From: a virus
DNA length: 24,665 bases
Virus genome (UHGV): UHGV-1848590
Reading direction: 5' to 3' (one strand)
A model generated the notes under the pieces. It was not told the origin of the DNA and made no database searches. It saw only the letters and a list, made by a program, of their open reading frames with translations. The position numbers were made by a program, and so were the translations under genes. Shown here in pieces: positions 9,740 through 18,573 of this stretch. The first letter of the stretch is position 1, and each line of letters starts with the position of its first letter.

Positions 9740-10010
9740 ACCGCGCAAATGTTGACTATGCGCGAAAGTTAATGTGAATAGTTGACTATGCGCGATGTGA
9801 CTACAGTCAAAAGTTGACTGTAGTCGATTTAACTCCACCAAAGATCGACTATGTAAGATATTGTCGGGAGAAACGTTGACTATACGCGATGAAATGACCC
9901 TAAAAGCCATCTCAATAGCGACTTGCAGAATATTGACGCCAGCAAAAATCCACCAGCGTCAACGAATGTCGCCTATAGTCAACTTCTCGCTATCGCATAT
10001 AGTCAATATT
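9740..10010. repeat. incA-like iteron array (copy-number control locus)
   Basis: About 7-8 copies of the ~14-19 bp iteron (core TTGACTATGCGCGA / TCGCATATAGTCAA) in both orientations downstream of repA. Confidence 0.8.
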
Positions 10011-10893
10011 ATGGATTGCGCTTATGGATCTGAAAGCCGATTTTCCTGCCGTTTTTTATCTCTGAAAATTTAAGATATTCAATAGCTTCCAAATCTTTCA
10101 TGGCTTTTCTGATAACGCTATTTTGCACGCTAACGGATGATTTGAGATTAAGCCTTGCTCTAAGGCGCTCAATGCTGACAGGTGCCGGGTTGGCGGGTAG
10201 AGCCTCAAAGAATGTATACAGTACCTTGGCCGTCTCTTTGCGCCCGAGCTTATCCAGCATCTTCAGCTTCAGGATTCGCTTATAGTCAACATAGTAAAGT
10301 TCAGATAGCTGTTTCTGCGGCTGGATCTCGATAACATCAAGCTCGGTATTCAGGCTGCTATATGCCAACAAGTTGACGTTAATGTTATTGAGATGACCTT
10401 TTGCCGCCGGGAAGCGGAATTTGACAACTGTCTGCTGAATGCGTGTCAGAGAGTCATCAATACTTTTACGGAACGCCTTTGAAAGGCGCTTACGTGGATA
10501 GCCGCATCGATCGGCAAACTCGGAGAATGGCAGGGTGATTATGCCGTCATCATCAGGTGCGTAGTCAAACAACGCGGAGGTTATGCCCACCCACACCTTA
10601 AAATCAGTATCCATATCCAGGCGTGGACCATGAATTTCAATTCCCTCATAGCCTTCCTGCTCAACAATTTTGAGGCTTGATAGTTCTTCGGTTGCGTTCG
10701 TTGTGTTTGTAGTAACTGACGATCCGCGACGTAGTGCCACATTGGTAGATTTTAAGGTTGGCACAAACACACCTAAGCGCAACAAAGCAATGGGTTGTAT
10801 AGTGCTATTGTTATTGGGTTTCAGGCTGTGGATTTCTCCTGTATTTCCTGCAACTTCTTCAACGCTAAGGAAGCCTTTATTTTCTTCCAGCAT
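10009..10893 (-). CDS. repA: RepA iteron-binding replication initiator (294 aa from ATG 10893; ORF extends to TTG 10950)
   Basis: Conserved NNSTIQPIALLRLGVFVPTLKS, GPRLDMDTDFKVW and ERLRARLNLKS blocks shared with P1/RepFIB RepA; flanked by iterons on both sides; ATG 10893 has a GGAGA RBS. Confidence 0.9.
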   Translation of the reverse strand: MLEENKGFLSVEEVAGNTGEIHSLKPNNNSTIQPIALLRLGVFVPTLKSTNVALRRGSSVTTNTTNATEELSSLKIVEQEGYEGIEIHGPRLDMDTDFKVWVGITSALFDYAPDDDGIITLPFSEFADRCGYPRKRLSKAFRKSIDDSLTRIQQTVVKFRFPAAKGHLNNINVNLLAYSSLNTELDVIEIQPQKQLSELYYVDYKRILKLKMLDKLGRKETAKVLYTFFEALPANPAPVSIERLRARLNLKSSVSVQNSVIRKAMKDLEAIEYLKFSEIKNGRKIGFQIHKRNP

Positions 10894-10973
10894 CGTGGTT
10901 TCTCCATATGTGGCGCGGCCTGGCGTCATCTGGATTGCAGTTATCAACAACTGTGAATAGTCAGGCTCTAAAA

Positions 10974-11074
10974 TCGCGTACAGTCAATGTTTCTGTCGCA
11001 TATAGTCAACAATAAATCGCGTGCAGTCAACAATAAATCGTGCACAGTCAACATAAAATCGCGTATAGTCAATG
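10974..11074. repeat. incC-like origin iterons (five direct repeats, ~21 bp spacing)
   Basis: AAATCGCGTRYAGTCAAY repeated five times (10974, 10997, 11018, 11038, 11060), same family as the downstream array. Confidence 0.85.
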
Positions 11075-11113
11075 TTGATCCCATTTCAGGCCAGAAATGG
11101 CGCGGCTTACAGC

Positions 11114-11184
11114 GATCCGGGATCTTCTTTGGATCTTCCTGGGTTCTCTTTAGGATCTGTTTATTGGATCTATGCTGTGGATAA
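11114..11184. promoter_or_regulatory. origin accessory region: five GATC sites plus a DnaA box
   Basis: GATC at 11114, 11121, 11132, 11154, 11167 within 57 bp; exact DnaA box TGTGGATAA (complement TTATCCACA) at 11176-11184; same architecture as P1 oriR. Confidence 0.7.
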
Positions 11185-11226
11185 GTTGAATAAACCGGCC
11201 AACATAGCCGGTTGGAAGGAAGGGTA

Positions 11227-11619
11227 TTATTCTACGCTTTCGATAAGAAGACCATGTTCATAACATTTAAGCTCATCGCCTTCGTACAGGAATTGGTATC
11301 CAATACCACCATTTTCATGGACATTAGGGAATAACTCATAACTCACTGAAGAGCAAATCACACCAATGCAGCGATCAACGCCTTCTCGTTCTTCAGTGCT
11401 GAAAAAATCCTCTTCGGTAAGAACATGAGTACATTGCTCATCAGCATAGGTCGGAAATACATGCTCGATGCAATCCGGGTGTTTTAAACCAAGCTGATCG
11501 GCAAGCACGAAAGCATGACGGTATTGTTCAGATCCTGGCTTGCCAACAGTGATGTGCTCAATTTTGTAGATTGAAGTCGCTTTGTTGATAGTTTGCTTTA
11601 CTGTTACTTTATCAGACAT
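11227..11619 (-). CDS. hypothetical protein (130 aa; P1 upfA position)
   Basis: ORF with ATG start just right of the origin; no recognisable motif. Confidence 0.5.
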   Translation of the reverse strand: MSDKVTVKQTINKATSIYKIEHITVGKPGSEQYRHAFVLADQLGLKHPDCIEHVFPTYADEQCTHVLTEEDFFSTEEREGVDRCIGVICSSVSYELFPNVHENGGIGYQFLYEGDELKCYEHGLLIESVE

Positions 11620-11630
11620 AAAAATCCCTT

Positions 11631-11963
11631 TTAGTTACCGCTGATAGCGCGGTTGTAATCATTAACGTTGCGATTCTTCCTGTTAATCCCCATCAGCATC
11701 GTTTCTGTATCGAGGATATACGCTGGCAGATCATCAAAATATTCACTGCTAAACTCTGGCATCCTGCACATAAACGCACTTTTGGGGGCAGGGTGGTTAA
11801 CCTTTGTCGGCGTCGGCGTTAAATTCGCTGATCGACTCCCGGAGCAACCGCTGAGTGTCAGCAGGAATGCGCTGGCGAACATTACCCGCCGCAACCAGTT
11901 GTTTCTGAACTTCAGCTTTTCGTTCCATTTGCCTGTCAGCATATTTGGCTTGTTCTGATTCAT
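11631..11963 (-). CDS. lipoprotein (mlp-like; candidate o-spanin)
   Basis: Lipobox LTLSG-C in AFLLTLSGCSG; AGGAAG RBS before ATG 11963, alternative internal ATG at 11882; overlaps the 3' end of the upstream gene in another frame. Confidence 0.55.
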   Translation of the reverse strand: MNQNKPNMLTGKWNEKLKFRNNWLRRVMFASAFLLTLSGCSGSRSANLTPTPTKVNHPAPKSAFMCRMPEFSSEYFDDLPAYILDTETMLMGINRKNRNVNDYNRAISGN

Positions 11964-12219
11964 TTTTCACTTCCTGGCTGTGAAAATGTTGCTCTGCTTT
12001 GTTCATCGTCTCAATGGTCTGGTTAAGATCCATTATTGACTTATCACGTTCCTTAACAGCCTGATCAAGACTGCCAATTTTCTCCATGGCTTGCTTTAGC
12101 TGATGACGTTCCCATGCAAACCCAGCACCAACAAGTGCGCAAATCAGAACAAGAACACCAGTAGCAGCAAGTTTCTCCTTCAAAGACAAAGCTGTTTTTA
12201 ACGTAGAAAAGAATGACAT
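11797..12219 (-). CDS. N-terminally membrane-anchored coiled-coil protein (140 aa; ppfA-like; candidate i-spanin)
   Basis: Strong AGGAGG RBS before ATG 12219; hydrophobic helix LAATGVLVLICALVGAGFAW followed by a charged coiled-coil-like region. Confidence 0.55.
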   Translation of the reverse strand: MSFFSTLKTALSLKEKLAATGVLVLICALVGAGFAWERHQLKQAMEKIGSLDQAVKERDKSIMDLNQTIETMNKAEQHFHSQEVKNESEQAKYADRQMERKAEVQKQLVAAGNVRQRIPADTQRLLRESISEFNADADKG

Positions 12220-12258
12220 GTCTTCCTCCTGAAGAAAAATTATCAATGAAGTCCTTTG

Positions 12259-13047
12259 TTACCGTGCCGCTTTGTTTAATTCATCAAGAACAGAATCAGG
12301 AACCAAAGCGGCGACTGCGCTGGCTGTGCTGGCCTTATTTGCTGATGCTTCCGCAAGCGCGGTACCGATAGCATGGTTATAAGCAGTTATGGCTACGTTG
12401 GCGCTTTCATTCGCTCGTTCATACTGCTGTTGTAACGCAGTTGTGGGTGCTGTTGTCTGGTTGAAAACAACCCCAAACTGTTCAGTTGCTACTTTCAGAG
12501 ATTCAATTTGCTCTTCTGTTAGTGCTGGTGGGGGAGTGGCAGTGCCGCCGCCTGAACCAGAGCCTGACGAGCTTTCTGAGCCAGTGTTAAGGGCCTGGTT
12601 AATCTCCCCCATTGCAGCGACTAAACTTGATGTATTAAGCGCGTTAACAGCGTCCTCAAGCGATTTAGTAATATTCACATCACCAATGGCAATAGAGATC
12701 GGCAGTTCTGAAACTTCTCGCTCATTAGCACGGCAGTAAACATCCCAACCAATATCGAGTTGAAGCAGCATTGACAGATCTGCATAACCAGCCAACAGGT
12801 CCGCGTGCTTAGTTGCCAGTTCTCCAATGTTCGTTAAGCCGGTTGTGGTTGTTCTGATCGTTGAAACATAGCTGGTAATAGTGTCGGGATAGACAATTGT
12901 ATCCAGAATTAATCCGGTCAATTCTTCTGCAAGCAGTTTTGCTGTGTTAGCACTGTTTCGTGCCGATGTTATGGCACCAGGTGTTTTCATCCCACCGGCG
13001 GCGGCCAATTTTTTATATGCGGATAACTGGTAGTCTTTTTCCAGCAT
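12259..13047 (-). CDS. hypothetical protein (263 aa; Thr/Ser/Ala-rich with Gly-Ser linker)
   Basis: AGGAG RBS before ATG 13047 (ORF extends to 13104); no recognisable catalytic motif. Confidence 0.5.
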   Translation of the reverse strand: MLEKDYQLSAYKKLAAAGGMKTPGAITSARNSANTAKLLAEELTGLILDTIVYPDTITSYVSTIRTTTTGLTNIGELATKHADLLAGYADLSMLLQLDIGWDVYCRANEREVSELPISIAIGDVNITKSLEDAVNALNTSSLVAAMGEINQALNTGSESSSGSGSGGGTATPPPALTEEQIESLKVATEQFGVVFNQTTAPTTALQQQYERANESANVAITAYNHAIGTALAEASANKASTASAVAALVPDSVLDELNKAAR

Positions 13048-13055
13048 GATATCTC

Positions 13056-13340
13056 CTAACTTACCTGAACCAGGCCGTCTCCGGACGCTACGGTAGATCC
13101 GCATGAAACAGGGTCACCAACGCATACGATCCCTTTACCATTGACGGTAAACCATGCCCTGGTTGATATAGCTTGCCCACCGTGCGTACTGTTTCCATCG
13201 GTATGCTGTGCATATTGCTTACCATCAACTAACACTTCGACTCCGTTGACTTTAAGTAGTGGTTCACTCTCTACAGGAGGCCTGGATGGGAATCCTCCGT
13301 GCCCCGAACAAATGCTGTCTTTTGTTGCAATGCTTGCCAC
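13056..13340 (-). CDS. small Gly/Cys-rich protein, possibly PAAR-like (94 aa)
   Basis: GTG start; segments VLVDGKQYAQHTDGNSTHGGQAI and VNGKGIVCVGDPVSCGSTVASG resemble PAAR repeats by eye; first gene of the minus-strand accessory operon. Confidence 0.3.
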   Translation of the reverse strand: MASIATKDSICSGHGGFPSRPPVESEPLLKVNGVEVLVDGKQYAQHTDGNSTHGGQAISTRAWFTVNGKGIVCVGDPVSCGSTVASGDGLVQVS

Positions 13341-13421
13341 GCCATCACCAATTATTTGCTCTGATTTTCGTTATTTTAACTTAGGTTATTTGTGGTCTGT
13401 ATGGCGTTTACTTATCGCAAA

Positions 13422-13438
13422 ATTGCTCTAATAAATAT
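13422..13438 (+). promoter_or_regulatory. C1 repressor operator-like site upstream of uhr-hrdC-dmt
   Basis: ATTGCTCTAATAAATAT, 16/17 match to the P1 C1 operator consensus ATTGCTCTAATAAATTT as I recall it. Confidence 0.55.
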
Positions 13439-13509
13439 TGTTTTTTATGTCGTATTTTCGGTACCATTCAGCCATCGCCCTTCAATGGGCATTTGTTTGG
13501 AGTCGTCAG

Positions 13510-13794
13510 ATGCAGATGGAGCTAATAAGCCGCAAAGAGTTCGATAGCCGTGTAACCAGCGGTGAACTCGACAACTTGCAGGCTATCAAGGTGAAAGAAG
13601 GCTTTTGCCTCATTGGGAATCAGAGCGGAATAAATCGCGTTTTTATGCTTCGCCGTACGGATTTGAAGCCATTTGTCTGGAAGAACGAAATTGGTCCCAG
13701 CTCATACGCTCAAACGAGGGGGTGCCACAACCTGGCCTTTTTCTACAAAGACGAGCTTTCTGTGGTTGATATTCAAGGGTTACAACATGTTTAA
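13510..13794 (+). CDS. hypothetical protein (P1 uhr position, ~94 aa from ATG 13510)
   Basis: GGAG RBS before ATG 13510; stop overlaps the rdgC-like start (coupling). Confidence 0.45.
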   Translation: MQMELISRKEFDSRVTSGELDNLQAIKVKEGFCLIGNQSGINRVFMLRRTDLKPFVWKNEIGPSSYAQTRGCHNLAFFYKDELSVVDIQGLQHV

Positions 13795-14692
13795 GCACTG
13801 GAAAAACATTACTATTTATAAACTTTCTCGTGAGGCGGATCTGACCGACTTAGAAGATAAAAAGAAAATGATCCTTTTCACGCCATGCGGTAGTCAGGAT
13901 ATGGCCAAGTTCGGTTTTGTATCGCCATTTGGTGATAATTCTGAAGTTATCGCTATGCATGGAAATGGTTTTATCCTTGTTGAAGCAAAGCGCGAAACAA
14001 AAATTCTTCCCCCGCCGGTTATCCAGCGAGCTATTCAAGAAAAAATTGAAAAACTTGAGCAAGAACAAGCGCGTAAACTGAAGAAAACAGAGAAGGACTC
14101 CCTGAAAGACGAAGTTCTGCATTCTCTTCTGCCACGGGCTTTTTCAAAGTTTTCTGTTATCCAGGCGATCTACGACGGTTCAACTAAACGTATCTATATC
14201 AATGCCAGCGCGCGGCAGGCAGAGGATATGCTCGCGCTTATGCGTAAGTCTCTGGGTTCTCTTCCTGCTGTTCCCCTGAGTGTTGAAAATCCCATTGAAT
14301 TAACGCTGACCGACTGGGTACGTGATGGTAGTGCTCCACAGGGATTTCAAATGGGGGATGCGGCAGAACTTAAGGCAGTGCTTGAGGATGGCGGTATTGC
14401 CCGAGTGAAAAAGCAGGATTTGGGAAGCGATGAAATTTCCACACACCTGGAAGCTGGCAAGCTCGTCACTAAGTTGGCACTCGACTGGCAGAACCGCATT
14501 AAATTTACACTGGACCATAACTTCAGCCTTACCAGCGTCAAATTTGCGGATGAATTGCTTGAGCAGAACTCTGATATTGATAGTGAAGATGTTGCGCAGC
14601 GACTGGACGCAGATTTCTTCCTGTTGACCAGTGAAATTTCGTGCCTGGTTGATGCTCTGGTAAATGCCCTTGGCGGAGAGGCTAAGCAGTGA
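13787..14692 (+). CDS. hrdC: RdgC-family recombination-associated protein homolog (302 aa)
   Basis: Strong end-to-end similarity to E. coli RdgC as I recall it ([69 protein letters not shown]-terminal LGGEA); ATG 13787 with AAGGG RBS. Confidence 0.9.
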   Translation: MFKHWKNITIYKLSREADLTDLEDKKKMILFTPCGSQDMAKFGFVSPFGDNSEVIAMHGNGFILVEAKRETKILPPPVIQRAIQEKIEKLEQEQARKLKKTEKDSLKDEVLHSLLPRAFSKFSVIQAIYDGSTKRIYINASARQAEDMLALMRKSLGSLPAVPLSVENPIELTLTDWVRDGSAPQGFQMGDAAELKAVLEDGGIARVKKQDLGSDEISTHLEAGKLVTKLALDWQNRIKFTLDHNFSLTSVKFADELLEQNSDIDSEDVAQRLDADFFLLTSEISCLVDALVNALGGEAKQ

Positions 14693-17600
14693 AAGAGCTG
14701 TGCTATGGATCTGTTTGCAGTGGAATTGAAGCCGCGAGTATTGCCTGGGAACCGTTGGGTATGCGTCCGGCGTGGTTTGCTGAAATCGAGCCTTTTCCAT
14801 CGGCCGTTCTTGCGCTCCGCTGGCCCCATGTTGCCAACCTTGGCGACATGAAAAAACTTGCCAAAAAAGTCTTGGCTGGGGAAATCGAATCCCCTGACGT
14901 GCTCGTCGGGGGAACACCATGTTTTACCGCGGGGCATATGGTTCTTTGTAAAAATGGCTATAAACCAATAGAAAATGTTTGCCCTGGTGATTACGTAGTC
15001 AGTCATCTCGGGCGGTTACAACAAGTAAAAAGAGTTGGTTCAAAAATAGCTAATACGGGGTTACTTAATGCCGTTGGGCAGCCTTTAGGTATAAGAACAA
15101 CCAATGACCATCCCTTCCTGGCTGTTCGGTGGAAAGCCCAAAACACCCGGAAAAATGGCACATATTTTAAGAGAGAGTTGTTGTCTGAACCGGAATGGCG
15201 AGCAGCATGTGATATGCCGGGATATCAATGGTGCGCTCTAACTAATTTCAATATTGCATTTCCAGATATTTGTTCTCGGTTCTTGTCTGAAGAACAGGCT
15301 ATGTATCTTGCGGGCGCTTATGTTGGCGATGGATATATTAGGAGATGGAGAGGTAAATCTAAGAAGGCGGTTGTTTTTGGCATAAATTGCCAGAAATTGA
15401 GAAAGTTTCATTGCCGCATACCAGAAAACATATTTTCCGTGGCAAGCGAAATCCGAGGGAGCATCAAAGTAACCTTGAATGATACGTGTTATGCCAATTG
15501 GCTTAATGAACATTTTGGCGAGTTAAGCCATGCTAAGCGTATCCCTGCATGGGTGATGTCGCATCCATTGCGTCATGTGTTTTTACAAGGCTATCTTGAT
15601 ACTGATGGGACACCAAGTGGTAAAGCGGGATTTAGAATTAATAGTGTTAGTTCTGCGCTTGCTTGGGGCGTTGCGGGGTTGTCACAGACTTGTGGTTATG
15701 TTTCTTCGGTCAGCTTTATTGAAGTTGAGCCCAAAAAAGTGATCGAGGATCGCGTGGTAAATCAACGGAATTATTATCAGGTAACAATCTGCCCGCAGAA
15801 ATTGTCACGTAAATCAAGATTGGCTCATGGAATGCTTTTACGAACAGTCAAAGAGTTTAAATCGGTAGGCCTAGATACTGTATACAACATAGAAGTCGAA
15901 GGTGATCATTCCTATATCCTCAATGGTGCGGTGGTCCATAACTGTCAGGCATTCAGTATCGCGGGATTACGTGGTGGGCTTGATGATGAGCGTGGCGCGC
16001 TAACTTTAAAGTATGTGGAGCTTGCAAATGCAATTGACGACAAACGGGCTGAGTCATTTCTCAAACCAGCCGTTATCGTCTGGGAAAATGTCCCAGGAGT
16101 CTTGTCATCGGCAGATAACGCCTTCGGATGTTTCCTTGCCGGATTGGCTGGAGAAGATGTGCCATTTGAACCAGGTGATCGACCTGAATCAGGAAAAAGC
16201 AACGCGTTCTGGCGGTGGGATGGCAAAACCGGTTGCCATGTTCCAAAGTGGCCGCAGTGTGGTTGTATTTATGGACCGCAGCGAAAAGTGGCCTGGAGAA
16301 TCCTTGATGCCCAATACTTCGGAGTGGCACAACGACGCCGACGCGTGTTTGTTGTCGCAAGTGCTCGAACAGATCTCGATCCCGCAACGGTACTTTTTGA
16401 GTTCGAAGGCGTGCGCCGGAATATTGCGCCGAGCAGAGGCGAGGGGAAGGAAACTACCAGATATACTTCAAACATCGCTATCAGAACTTGCGATGATACA
16501 AACATAATTGCCATGGCACATGGGCAAGGAGGGGCTGAGATAAAAACCGATAATTCGGCACCAACTTTGACATGTAACCATGAAGCACCAATTGTATTGC
16601 TCGGCGACGGTAGAATGCGCCGTCTTACCCCTGTCGAATGTGAAAGGCTGCAAGGTTTTCCTGATTGGCATACGTTGATCCCTACGGAAAAGCGTAAAAA
16701 AGTTAATTCAGATGAACTGGCATATCTGCACAATCACTATCCAGATTTAAGCGAAGAAGAGGCCGCAATGCTTGCAGCTGACGGACCGCGTTACAAAGCG
16801 ATCGGCAATAGTATGGCAATACCAGTAATGCGCTGGATTGGCGATCGGATTACTAAGGCCGTATGTCGGCAGAAAGAAGGAAGTGAAACAAAAGAGCGAA
16901 AAGTTAAACCAGCGGCAGAATTCGAACGGTCCATATTCAAATGGGCTGGTGGAAAATTTGGTGTTCTGGAACAAATCTTTCGCTATTTGCCAGAAGGGAA
17001 GCGCCTGATTGAACCTTTCGTTGGTGGCGGAGCTGTCTTCATGAATGCCGGATACCAGGAAAATCTGCTAAATGATGTGAATGCTGACCTGATTAACTTT
17101 TACAAGACTCTGCAACGCGAGGCGCATTCACTTATCACTCTGGCACATCGTTTCTTCCAGGACTACAACACACAGGAAGGATACCTGGCAGTACGGAATG
17201 CGTTTAACAAACAAGTCTATGATGATTTACATCGCGCAGCGGCGTTTTTGTTCCTGAACCGACATTGTTTTAACGGATTGACGCGTTACAACCAGGCCGG
17301 TGAGTTCAATGTCGGTTATGGGAAGTATAAAACTCCGTATTTCCCATTACAGGAGATGGAAGCCTTCCTCGGTGCGGAAGGGCGGTCTGAGTTTGTATGC
17401 GGTGATTTTGCAGCGGTGATTGAAGCTGCCGGAGAAGGAGATGTCATCTTTTGCGATCCGCCGTATGAACCGCTTCCAAATACAGAGGGATTCACGAACT
17501 ATTCCGGTCATGACTTTAAGTTTGAAGAGCAAAAACGCCTGGTGTCTCTGTTGACGGATGCTCATCGTCGAGGTGCAAAGGTTCTCATTACTAACAGTGG

Positions 17601-17730
17601 CGCGCCAAACATCAGAGAGCTTTATCATGACAGTGGCTTCAGAGTGGAACCTCTTTTTGCCAGACGTTCTGTGTCTTGTAAGGGGGACACTCGAGGTGTA
17701 GCTCATGACGTTTTGGGTATATTGCTCTAA
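14689..17730 (+). CDS. dmt: bifunctional DNA methyltransferase Dmt (N-terminal C5-cytosine MTase, C-terminal Dam-like N6-adenine MTase) interrupted by an intein; 1013 aa precursor
   Basis: C5-MTase motifs I (CSGIEAAS), IV ([12 protein letters not shown], split), VI (VWENVPG), VIII (QRRRRVFVV), X (GNSMAIPV); Dam domain from ~residue 745 (FKWAGGKF...FCDPPYEP); GTG start overlaps the rdgC stop. Confidence 0.9.
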   Translation: MKELCYGSVCSGIEAASIAWEPLGMRPAWFAEIEPFPSAVLALRWPHVANLGDMKKLAKKVLAGEIESPDVLVGGTPCFTAGHMVLCKNGYKPIENVCPGDYVVSHLGRLQQVKRVGSKIANTGLLNAVGQPLGIRTTNDHPFLAVRWKAQNTRKNGTYFKRELLSEPEWRAACDMPGYQWCALTNFNIAFPDICSRFLSEEQAMYLAGAYVGDGYIRRWRGKSKKAVVFGINCQKLRKFHCRIPENIFSVASEIRGSIKVTLNDTCYANWLNEHFGELSHAKRIPAWVMSHPLRHVFLQGYLDTDGTPSGKAGFRINSVSSALAWGVAGLSQTCGYVSSVSFIEVEPKKVIEDRVVNQRNYYQVTICPQKLSRKSRLAHGMLLRTVKEFKSVGLDTVYNIEVEGDHSYILNGAVVHNCQAFSIAGLRGGLDDERGALTLKYVELANAIDDKRAESFLKPAVIVWENVPGVLSSADNAFGCFLAGLAGEDVPFEPGDRPESGKSNAFWRWDGKTGCHVPKWPQCGCIYGPQRKVAWRILDAQYFGVAQRRRRVFVVASARTDLDPATVLFEFEGVRRNIAPSRGEGKETTRYTSNIAIRTCDDTNIIAMAHGQGGAEIKTDNSAPTLTCNHEAPIVLLGDGRMRRLTPVECERLQGFPDWHTLIPTEKRKKVNSDELAYLHNHYPDLSEEEAAMLAADGPRYKAIGNSMAIPVMRWIGDRITKAVCRQKEGSETKERKVKPAAEFERSIFKWAGGKFGVLEQIFRYLPEGKRLIEPFVGGGAVFMNAGYQENLLNDVNADLINFYKTLQREAHSLITLAHRFFQDYNTQEGYLAVRNAFNKQVYDDLHRAAAFLFLNRHCFNGLTRYNQAGEFNVGYGKYKTPYFPLQEMEAFLGAEGRSEFVCGDFAAVIEAAGEGDVIFCDPPYEPLPNTEGFTNYSGHDFKFEEQKRLVSLLTDAHRRGAKVLITNSGAPNIRELYHDSGFRVEPLFARRSVSCKGDTRGVAHDVLGILL
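14920..15942 (+). mobile_element. intein with LAGLIDADG homing endonuclease (341 aa, residues 78-418 of Dmt)
   Basis: Block [21 protein letters not shown], block [17 protein letters not shown] motifs [11 protein letters not shown] and [11 protein letters not shown], blocks [23 protein letters not shown] followed by +1 Cys; flanks rejoin as [12 protein letters not shown]. Confidence 0.85.
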
Positions 17731-17737
17731 TAAATTT
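17721..17737 (+). promoter_or_regulatory. C1 operator-like site overlapping a promoter
   Basis: Exact ATTGCTCTAATAAATTT overlapping the dmt stop; -35-like TTGCTC (17722-17727), 17 bp spacer, -10-like TAATAT (17745-17750). Confidence 0.6.
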
Positions 17738-17749
17738 ATTAGTGTAATA

Positions 17750-17937
17750 TCACCTCAATGAATCGTGATTTATAGAGCGATTTAGCTGTTAGCCGCGACA
17801 GGCGCGGCGGTAAGCATGGCTGGGCCTAGTCCTCCCAGACAAACCACCGAGTTGCCAGGTTGACCATGCGCCTAAGTGGCAACGCCGAAGTGCGTTACGA
17901 GCGTCCAGTTTGCCCATCTTCGGGTGGGCGTTTTTTT
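17750..17937 (+). ncRNA. candidate small RNA or terminated leader (~190 nt)
   Basis: Between the operator-overlapped promoter and a strong terminator; only trivial ORFs; several local hairpins (gccgcg/cgcggc, ctggg/cccag, ttgcca/tggcaa). Confidence 0.3.
17912..17937 (+). terminator. rho-independent terminator
   Basis: 7 bp stem gcccatc/ggtgggc with UUCG tetraloop, then G and a T7 run. Confidence 0.7.
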
Positions 17938-18402
17938 CAGGGTTTTCGTCATGGTTAGCGACTTTGCGGCGGTTTAGAAACTGACCATTAAAGTAAATGC
18001 AAACGATGATCTGATGATGGTAGCGGCCTAAGAAGCCAGATGCCATGGGGTATGAGTCGTCCCCCGTCAAAAAATCGACCGCAGAGTGTCCCCGTCTGTG
18101 TATTAGGGAACGGGGAGGCACAACAGGTAAGGGCGCTGGTGTGATTAACCAGATGAACGAGAAGGGGCCATCTGTTGGTCAGCGTCCTTTCCTGTTGCGT
18201 TTTCTTTTCAGCGTAACAGCGGTGCTTAACAGCACTTTGGGTACAGTTCCACGAATTTACGGGTATATCCCGTCATGCTGAAGGCGCTAATCACGCTGGA
18301 AGCCAGGGTTATGCATCCCCTGTTACCGAATTGCAGCCAGGGCGCGGTGCGCCGAAAAGCATACGGAGGTGGAAGCCCTCGCCGGAGACGTACCCGGCAA
18401 GT

Positions 18403-18477
18403 GATGGTGTAGCTCAGCGGTAGAGCAGTTGGCTGTTAACCAACTGGTCGGTAGTTCGAATCCACCCACCATCGCCA
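18403..18477 (+). tRNA. tRNA-Asn (anticodon GTT)
   Basis: Manual cloverleaf: acceptor gatggtg/caccatc, D-arm gctc...gagc, anticodon arm gttgg-ctGTTaa-ccaac, TTCGAAT T-loop, encoded CCA. Confidence 0.85.
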
Positions 18478-18482
18478 CTTTA

Positions 18483-18569
18483 GGGGAGTTAGTCCGTAGG
18501 GGTAGCGGGGTAGACTGTAAATCTACTGTCATTGCGACTCGGGTGGTTCGACTCCATCACTCCCCACCA
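18483..18569 (+). tRNA. tRNA-like element, Tyr(GTA)-like class II, noncanonical acceptor/D-arm junction (possible pseudo-tRNA)
   Basis: Acceptor ggggagt/actcccc + A + CCA, anticodon arm gtaga-ctGTAaa-tctac, long variable arm, TTCGACT T-loop; acceptor-to-D-stem linker is irregular. Confidence 0.4.
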
Positions 18570-18573
18570 CATT

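Noticed and set aside
14300-15006. Minus-strand ORFs of 206 and 219 aa
   Set aside because: Antisense to the well-supported rdgC-like and dmt genes; Arg/Ser-rich products typical of reverse-frame artefacts.
14920-15942. Alternative readings of the Dmt insert (two fused genes, IS insertion or frameshift)
   Set aside because: The reading frame is continuous, the insert splits motif IV exactly between GGTP and CQAFS, and it carries intein terminal residues rather than IS inverted repeats or a transposase.
17789-18121. 110-aa minus-strand ORF in the post-dmt leader
   Set aside because: Overlaps the plus-strand terminator and candidate RNA segment; Arg/His-rich, no RBS; the region looks non-coding.
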